Below are positions 61,148 through 64,000 of a stretch of DNA of 64,000 nucleotides, one piece after another. This DNA comes from Tubiluchus corallicola (lineage: Eukaryota > Animalia > Priapulida): positions 1 to 64,000 of the forward strand of contig JAQGDQ010002394.1 in NCBI GenBank assembly GCA_030141605.1. The letters are read 5' to 3'. A program made the position numbers and the translations under genes. The notes beneath the pieces are model-generated. The model was not told the DNA's origin. It made no database searches and saw nothing but the letters and a program-made list of their open reading frames with translations. How positions within the stretch are numbered: the stretch's first letter is position 1; every line of letters begins with the position of its first letter.

Positions 61148-61366
61148 TTAAACAAGGTCTTTAATGATATTGTATATCGACAGGATGACAAAAGATACTG
61201 TAAGGATGAGTGTAAATATAGGAAAACCTGTTGCCAACCATTTGTCTATCGCTATTCCTACGAGTACTCCAATAACAATAGTTCCCATCATTTGAAATGC
61301 TATGGTGGAGTATTTTAGGTAGATATTAATATCTTTTTTTAAGTTATTAGTTGTTTTCTTTTTCAT
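61148..61366 (-). CDS. AtpZ/AtpI family protein
   Basis: KYSTIAFQM..G..IDKWL..P.FT motif upstream of atpB. Confidence 0.88.
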   Translation of the reverse strand: MKKKTTNNLKKDINIYLKYSTIAFQMMGTIVIGVLVGIAIDKWLATGFPIFTLILTVSFVILSIYNIIKDLV

Positions 61367-61751
61367 TATCAGGAACGGTTGTTTTTTGATTAGGTTTTTC
61401 TCCTACTTTACAAGCTCCTGTGTATTTAGCTCCTTGTTCTATGGATATTTGCTGTGAGTATAAATCTCCATTGATATTTGCTGTTTCTTTTATTGAAATG
61501 AGCTGTTGTGCTTCAATGTTTCCAACTACCTCTCCTGATATATCTATGTTCTGACAATTGATATTTCCCTTTATCTTTGCTGTTTCGCCTATTACTATTC
61601 TTCCTTGTATGTTTAGAGTTCCTTCTATTGTTCCATCAACACGAATGTCATTGGAGGAGTTAATATCTCCTGTGATTTTTGTTTCTTCTAATATGAAATC
61701 ATTTAAAAAAGTTCCGCCTTCTACTTTTATTCGCTCTTTTTTATTTTTCAT
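61347..61751 (-). CDS. Bactofilin (polymer-forming cytoskeletal protein)
   Basis: ITGDI..DIRVDGTIEG..IVIGETAKIKGNI..ISGEVVGNI..IEQGAKYTGAC beta-helix. Confidence 0.92.
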   Translation of the reverse strand: MKNKKERIKVEGGTFLNDFILEETKITGDINSSNDIRVDGTIEGTLNIQGRIVIGETAKIKGNINCQNIDISGEVVGNIEAQQLISIKETANINGDLYSQQISIEQGAKYTGACKVGEKPNQKTTVPDNEKENN

Positions 61752-61777
61752 AATTTTCTTTTATTATTTAAGAATAG

Positions 61778-62782
61778 TTACTTTTTTTTGGTATCATATG
61801 CCCATTTAAGATACATTGCTCCCCACGTAAAACCTGCTCCAAATGTAGCAAGTACAAGGTTGTTGCCTTTTTTCAGTCTCTCCTCCCACTCCCATAAGCA
61901 TAATGGTAAAGTTGCAGCAGTCGTGTTTCCGTATTTATGGATATTTACCATTACTTTTTCAGAAGAAAGCCCCATTCTTTCACCTACAGCAGATATTATC
62001 CTCATATTAGCTTGGTGCGGCACAAGCCAGTCTATATCACTGTGAGAAAGGTTATTCTTTTTCATAATCTCTACCGCAGTATCTGCCATGTTAGATACTG
62101 CATATTTAAATACGTGTTTTCCTTCTTGGTACACATAATGCTCTTTTGCATCTACAGTTTCGTGGGATGCAGGTTTTGCAGAGCCTCCCGCTTTCATATG
62201 CAAATGCTTACGCCCTACTCCATTGCCTCGTAGTATGGCATCTCTTATGCCTACATCCTCAGTGGTGGGGGCTAATAGTACTGCTCCGGCACCATCGCCG
62301 AAGATGGGACAAGTTGTTCTATCTGTATAGTCTGTTATGGATGACATTTTATCTGCTCCTACTACAATAATCTTTTTATACCTACCAGTTTCTATAAATT
62401 TTGAGGCTGTATAGAGAGAATATAAAAAACCGGAACAGCCAGCATTTACATCAAATCCAAATGCATTTCTTATGCCTGTTTCGTAAGCTATGGTATTAGC
62501 AATGTCTGGGAATACTGTGTCAGGGCTAATAGTAGCACAAATAACAAGGTCTATTTCATTAGGGTTAACCTTGGTCTTTTCTAACAATTGTTTTACTGCA
62601 TTGATACCGAGAATAGATGTCCCTTTATTTTTTCCTTTTAGTATTCGTCTTTCTTTTATACCTATGCGGGTCATTATCCATTCGTCAGAGGTATCTACCA
62701 TTTGACTTAACTCGTCATTAGTAAGAATATAGTCAGGCACATAAGCACCTATTCCTATTATAGCTGCGTTTATTTTTTTCAT
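61778..62782 (-). CDS. fabH: 3-oxoacyl-ACP synthase III
   Basis: [30 protein letters not shown]. Confidence 0.97.
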   Translation of the reverse strand: MKKINAAIIGIGAYVPDYILTNDELSQMVDTSDEWIMTRIGIKERRILKGKNKGTSILGINAVKQLLEKTKVNPNEIDLVICATISPDTVFPDIANTIAYETGIRNAFGFDVNAGCSGFLYSLYTASKFIETGRYKKIIVVGADKMSSITDYTDRTTCPIFGDGAGAVLLAPTTEDVGIRDAILRGNGVGRKHLHMKAGGSAKPASHETVDAKEHYVYQEGKHVFKYAVSNMADTAVEIMKKNNLSHSDIDWLVPHQANMRIISAVGERMGLSSEKVMVNIHKYGNTTAATLPLCLWEWEERLKKGNNLVLATFGAGFTWGAMYLKWAYDTKKK

Positions 62783-62805
62783 ACAAGGGGTTGCTGGTTC
62801 AATTA

Positions 62806-62991
62806 TTATGATGCTATCTCTTTTTCTACAGCAAGTTTACCCCTATAATGTCCACATTCTGGACAAACAGTATGGTATTTATGAGCTGCTCCACAGTTGG
62901 AGCATTTTGCTAATGTAGGTAATACAGCTTTATAGTGCGTTCTGCGTTTGTCTCTTCTTGACTTTGATACTTTCCTCTTTGGATGTGCCAT
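62806..62991 (-). CDS. rpmF: 50S ribosomal protein L32 (zinc-ribbon type)
   Basis: [28 protein letters not shown]. Confidence 0.97.
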   Translation of the reverse strand: MAHPKRKVSKSRRDKRRTHYKAVLPTLAKCSNCGAAHKYHTVCPECGHYRGKLAVEKEIAS

Positions 62992-62992
62992 T

Positions 62993-63535
62993 TTAATTAT
63001 TTTTTGTGATTAACATCTTTTTTGCTAATTGTTCTAGTTTATCCCATCGTGGGTCACAGGGTTTTTTAGTAGTTATGTTTAGTAGTTTCAATTTTTTTAT
63101 CATTTGTGGGTTGCAGGCGCTTTTTTCACTTGATTTTGCGATGTGTATTTTTCTATATGGTAGGCTAAGGTTTATGTATTCATAAATATATTGTGCTATG
63201 TTTATTTCACTTTCTGTATGTGGTAGTATTAGTAGTTCTGCTGTTTGTTCTTCTCTTATCTTGCCAAACTTAACATATAGTTTGAAATTGTTTTGTATAA
63301 ATAGATTTAGATTATCTAAACACCTATCACAAATAGTTTCAATATTTCCTTTTATCTTAAAATCAAAAGTCAAAAACTTTACTTCTTTTACCATTTTGAT
63401 TTTGGCATCGATGTCTCCACTTAAAGCTTTATCATTAAAACCTCTAAAGAATGAGTTATTTATTCGATATTTAAAAATATGCTCTCCTTCTTTTAGGCTA
63501 CCAAAATGTATATTAAACTCGTTCTTTTTTTTCAC
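62993..63535 (-). CDS. yceD: YceD/DUF177 protein
   Basis: CDRCL, YEYI.L..P, DPRW; upstream of rpmF. Confidence 0.9.
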   Translation of the reverse strand: MKKKNEFNIHFGSLKEGEHIFKYRINNSFFRGFNDKALSGDIDAKIKMVKEVKFLTFDFKIKGNIETICDRCLDNLNLFIQNNFKLYVKFGKIREEQTAELLILPHTESEINIAQYIYEYINLSLPYRKIHIAKSSEKSACNPQMIKKLKLLNITTKKPCDPRWDKLEQLAKKMLITKNN

Positions 63536-63618
63536 TAATAAAAAGGTAAAAGCCTTGCAAAGGTAGTATTTTTTTATTTAAGATATGTGTTTTTTTAATA
63601 TTTTTTGCGAAAATAAAT

Positions 63619-64000
63619 TTAAAGAATATTAAGACATTGTTCTTTTATTTTTTCTAACTCATCTTTCATTTCTACCACTAGTTTTTGTATTTTATCATCA
63701 TTGGCTTTACTACCTATGGTGTTTATCTCTCTTCCTATTTCTTGGGAAATAAAGTTGAGTTTTTTACCTTTTTGAGTTTCCTTGTTGTTCAAGGTTTCTA
63801 GAAAGTAAGAACAGTGGTTTTTCAGTCTTACTTTTTCTTCTGTAATATCTATTTTCTCTATATAATATATGAGTTCTTGCTCCAATCGGTTTTTGTCTAT
63901 CAAGTTGTTTTGTATGCTCTCTATTTTGGCAATGAGGTTCTTCTTTATTTTCTCTACTCTAGTTTGGTCTAAGTTGTCTATTTTTTCTAAGTCTTGTTGA
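63619..64000 (-). CDS. yicC: YicC family protein, 3' part (starts beyond the window)
   Basis: RLEQELIYYIEKIDITEEKVRL, GKKLNFISQEIGREINTIGSK, EKIKEQ. Confidence 0.92.
   Translation of the reverse strand, partial: QQDLEKIDNLDQTRVEKIKKNLIAKIESIQNNLIDKNRLEQELIYYIEKIDITEEKVRLKNHCSYFLETLNNKETQKGKKLNFISQEIGREINTIGSKANDDKIQKLVVEMKDELEKIKEQCLNIL

Overview
AT-rich bacterial chromosome segment from a Bacteroidota organism, most likely Bacteroidales-like. The assignment rests on many TAnnTTTG -7 promoters, a tmRNA with tag GENNFALAA, btuB/btuG and a Bacteroidota-type F0 block. The window is mostly reshuffled housekeeping genes (tpiA, prmA, thyA, holB, uvrC, tilS, mnmG, trpS, mnmE, def, ruvB, rpiB, fab and atp genes). 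It appears origin-proximal: tandem parS sites follow mnmG, and a candidate oriC lies between ruvB and rpiB. Main signals not in the ORF track: (1) a complete, apparently unannotated ~135-nt structured sRNA with a sigma54-type -24/-12 promoter and an intrinsic terminator at ~47.4-47.56 kb; (2) a two-gene redox cassette 3' of mnmE, pairing a flavinylated FMN-bind/Cys-motif membrane protein with a membrane-anchored flavoredoxin-nitroreductase fusion, bracketed by a degenerate ~200-bp dispersed repeat; (3) a split tpiA; (4) F0-only ATP synthase genes nested between fabH and fabD; (5) a type IIG R-M remnant at the left edge. No CRISPR array, rRNA, tRNA, integrase or transposase was recognised. All calls come from reading the sequence by eye; no searches were run.
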